Shown here piece by piece: positions 61,665-64,000 of a stretch of DNA of 64,000 bases (position 1 is the stretch's first letter; the number at the start of each line of letters is the position of its first letter). A program made the translations under genes and the position numbers. Source of the DNA: a virus. Under the pieces are notes generated by a model. It made no database searches. It was not told where the DNA came from and was given only the letters and a program-made list of their open reading frames with translations. The DNA lies in the IMG/VR virus record IMGVR_UViG_3300036766_000806, positions 27,048-91,047 of that record; one strand, 5' to 3'.

Positions 61665-61970
61665 ATGAAAAAAGTAGTCCAAAACAAGAGCACAACGGAA
61701 GTCGAAGTATCTGCTGTCACTCTGGAAAAGTATTATGGTATCCAATCGGGCCGGGGCACTGATGACAAAGGATTCATTACCCGAGAAAAATTTGGAAACG
61801 GTAATTTCCAGGCTCTTGCGGCATATAAGCTAACGGACGGTAATGGATGGGATGGTTTTTTGTCAAGTGATTTGAAAGGTCTCATCCAATCTCTCTTGGA
61901 TAACGGCAACTTTCTCGTTTTCGAGTTTAACAATTCCCAAGAACTGTTCACCTGGCTGGGTCAGCCTTGA
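61665..61970 (+). CDS. hypothetical protein, paralog of 41774-42073
   Basis: Shared termini; leaderless. Confidence 0.7.
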   Translation: MKKVVQNKSTTEVEVSAVTLEKYYGIQSGRGTDDKGFITREKFGNGNFQALAAYKLTDGNGWDGFLSSDLKGLIQSLLDNGNFLVFEFNNSQELFTWLGQP

Positions 61971-62021
61971 TTGATTTCGGCAGAGTAAATACGCCAAGCA
62001 CGGCGTTCAAAGGTTACTCGA

Positions 62022-62055
62022 TTCCCGGGACAAGTGCTCCGGGAATTTTGTTTTT
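62022..62055 (+). terminator. intrinsic terminator
   Basis: TTCCCGG-loop-CCGGGAA-TTTTGTTTTT. Confidence 0.7.
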
Positions 62056-62321
62056 CACCGAATCTAATAATAGCCCTAAATTCACCGAATCCATTTTTAG
62101 GGATAAAAATAAGTATCTTTAGGACTAAATTCATTCTAACTCGGGATTTTAACTTTAACGTTAAAGTTATTACAAAACAAGTTTTATGCCAATCGCCTGA
62201 AAAATCATACTTGGCATGAAAATTGTTTCTTGGAATAATTCATTTCGTTATTGACTTTTCAAGCCAAATGGATAAACTTGTAAGTGACGGTAACAGTATA
62301 GAACAAAAACAGAATCAAATC

Positions 62322-63323
62322 ATGAGTGCAAACATATCAGTAGTAAATGGCAAGACTGAAATGTTCAGCGGCCTAGGTCAAGTCCCGTGGCACGGGTTAG
62401 GTCAAATAGTCTCCGGATTACTTACGGCAAAAGAGGCAATCGAAGCGGCCCATTTGGGATGGACTGTTAAAACGGTGCCTGTTTTTGTCAATGGCAAGCA
62501 ACTCCGCTTTCCCACCGGCGAGGACTCAACGGATTGCTGGCAGGGAATTATCCGAGAGGATACCGGCGATGCTCTTAGCGTTATGAAAGGGCGTTATAGC
62601 CCCATTCAAAACGTGGAATGCTTTGACTTCCTCGATACTCTGGCCGGCGAGGGCAATCTGAAATATGAAACCGCTGGCGCTCTTAAAGGCGGGCGGATTG
62701 TATGGATGATGGCCCGTTACAACGGCGACATCGATATCAACGGAGACAATCACCAACAATGGTTGCTTCTCTGTACTTCCCATGACGGCTCTTACAGTCT
62801 CATGGTTCAATGGGTAACGGTGCGGGTCGTATGTGCCAATACCCTCTCAGTCGCCCTCAAAGACGCCAAAAACCAGGTCAAAATCCGGCATACTACCACA
62901 TGGGAAAGCAAGGCAGAAGAGGCTCGCCGGGTACTCTGTTTGACTCGGAATTACTTCTCCACTGTGAAAGAAACTCTTGTTGGAATGAACAAGCAACTTG
63001 TCACCCCGGGAGTGGAGATTGAATTCGCAAAGTTCCTTTTCCCGGCCAAAGACGAGAAGGAAGTGCCAACCCGGACACAAAATTCCCGTCTTAGTATCCA
63101 GGCGCTTTTCAATCGCCCGGCCACCGGCACTTTTGGCCAATCCCGATGGGATTTGCTGAATGCTGTAACCGATTATGCCGATCACGAGCGGAAACTTCGG
63201 GGCGATAATTCTTCCCGGCTTGAAAGTTCCTTGCTCGGCTCCGGGGCGGTCCTGAAACAGTCGGCCTACGACTACCTGACTAACGACAAGTTCATGGCAG
63301 ACCTTGCCCTTGCCGTTAACTAA
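62322..63323 (+). CDS. DUF932-family phage/plasmid protein
   Basis: PWHGLG, Y.PIQN.E.F, ETAGAL.GG, SHDGS, VRVVCANTL, IRHT, W.L.NAVTDY.DH. Confidence 0.88.
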   Translation: MSANISVVNGKTEMFSGLGQVPWHGLGQIVSGLLTAKEAIEAAHLGWTVKTVPVFVNGKQLRFPTGEDSTDCWQGIIREDTGDALSVMKGRYSPIQNVECFDFLDTLAGEGNLKYETAGALKGGRIVWMMARYNGDIDINGDNHQQWLLLCTSHDGSYSLMVQWVTVRVVCANTLSVALKDAKNQVKIRHTTTWESKAEEARRVLCLTRNYFSTVKETLVGMNKQLVTPGVEIEFAKFLFPAKDEKEVPTRTQNSRLSIQALFNRPATGTFGQSRWDLLNAVTDYADHERKLRGDNSSRLESSLLGSGAVLKQSAYDYLTNDKFMADLALAVN

Positions 63324-63342
63324 CGGTCTATTTTTCAACAAA

Positions 63343-63370
63343 CCCGGCCTCACAAGGGCCGGGTCTTTTT
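63343..63370 (+). terminator. intrinsic terminator
   Basis: CCCGGCC-TCACAAG-GGCCGGG-TCTTTTT. Confidence 0.75.
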
Positions 63371-63672
63371 ATGTACGGATTTACTCCCTATTTGGCACAG
63401 ATATTGCTGGCAACACTTTGACACGAGAAATGCTGTGCTTTCACCGAATGCATTTTTAGCCCTAAAGTTATACGACATTTTTAGGGCTAAACTTATTCGT
63501 CGTTTGTCGGCCCGGCCAGGATTATCGGCGGTGCCATTACAAAACAAAGTCTATGCCAAATAAGGATTTATTTCTACTTGGCATAAAACTTGTTTTTTAG
63601 AAAAAAATAGACATTTTTAGTCGACTCTGGCACAGTAGGGGTGACGGTAGAAAATTAAACTATCAAAAGACA

Positions 63673-64000
63673 ATGAATAGCATTGAAACGAAAACAGTCC
63701 GCAAGCTCGCCCGTGAGTTACAGGGCGAAGCTCGCAAGCTACAGGGCGAAGCACGGTCCACGACAACGGACAAAAACGGAATTTACACTGCGGCAGGCAA
63801 TGTCAGTCCTATGTTTATGGATCACGCTGTAGATATGGCAACCGGCAAAAATGGAATTGCTTTCCTAATTGCAGAAGTCCTACAGGAGCGGGAAGCGGTT
63901 TTTCCTGCCAACGTTGCCAATACTCAATTCCGGCAGACTGCGATTGCGGCGGCGCTCTACACCCGGGAAATTGAAGAAGCGGTCGACGCCAAAATGAGAG
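63673..64000 (+). CDS. hypothetical protein, runs off the window
   Basis: MNSIETKTVRKLARELQGEARKLQGEAR... open to the edge. Confidence 0.6.
   Translation, partial: MNSIETKTVRKLARELQGEARKLQGEARSTTTDKNGIYTAAGNVSPMFMDHAVDMATGKNGIAFLIAEVLQEREAVFPANVANTQFRQTAIAAALYTREIEEAVDAKMR

Noticed and set aside
1-64000. tRNA/rRNA genes, DGR or retron
   Set aside because: No T-loop/cloverleaf signatures, no reverse transcriptase and no template/variable repeat pair seen

Overview
AT-rich, densely coding segment that looks like the accessory/early region of a very large (jumbo-type) bacteriophage genome. It has no structural or core replication genes and no tRNA, rRNA or CRISPR array. Bases 1-40.8 kb are mostly + strand and carry NAD/nucleotide-metabolism genes (macrodomain, PRTase, a nicotinamidase-vWA chimera, PncB, NDT-like, metallophosphoesterase, SLOG), an Rnl1-type RNA ligase, signal peptidase I, a BCS1-like AAA ATPase, DnaJ, several HNH/GIY-YIG endonucleases, DNA methyltransferases including a 1274-aa nuclease-helicase-MTase fusion, and an intact IS200/IS605 (tnpA+tnpB) element. 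After a ~640-bp AT-rich gap (40.8-41.4 kb) comes an array of small, individually promoted genes on both strands. The most unusual signals are non-coding: (i) a ~750-nt, promoter-driven, highly base-paired and pseudoknotted RNA candidate of unrecognised class at 46.8-47.5 kb, plus smaller structured RNAs at 46.26-46.46 and 60.3-60.6 kb; (ii) about 50 sigma70-type promoters, mostly with a 16-bp spacer, driving largely leaderless single genes, 15 of which use the TGA inside TTGAC(A/T) as the stop codon of the preceding gene; (iii) a strand-polarised composite DNA element (TCACCGA plus paired TTTAG-NN-CTAAA palindromes) at 7 loci; (iv) sigma54-like TGGCA-N6-TGC/TGT motifs, three as fixed-spacing inverted pairs. 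Many genes carry deletion-fusion scars, nonsense codons or homopolymer frameshifts. Two protein domains hint weakly at a PVC (Verrucomicrobia-like) host. All family calls are from motif recognition by eye; no database searches were run.
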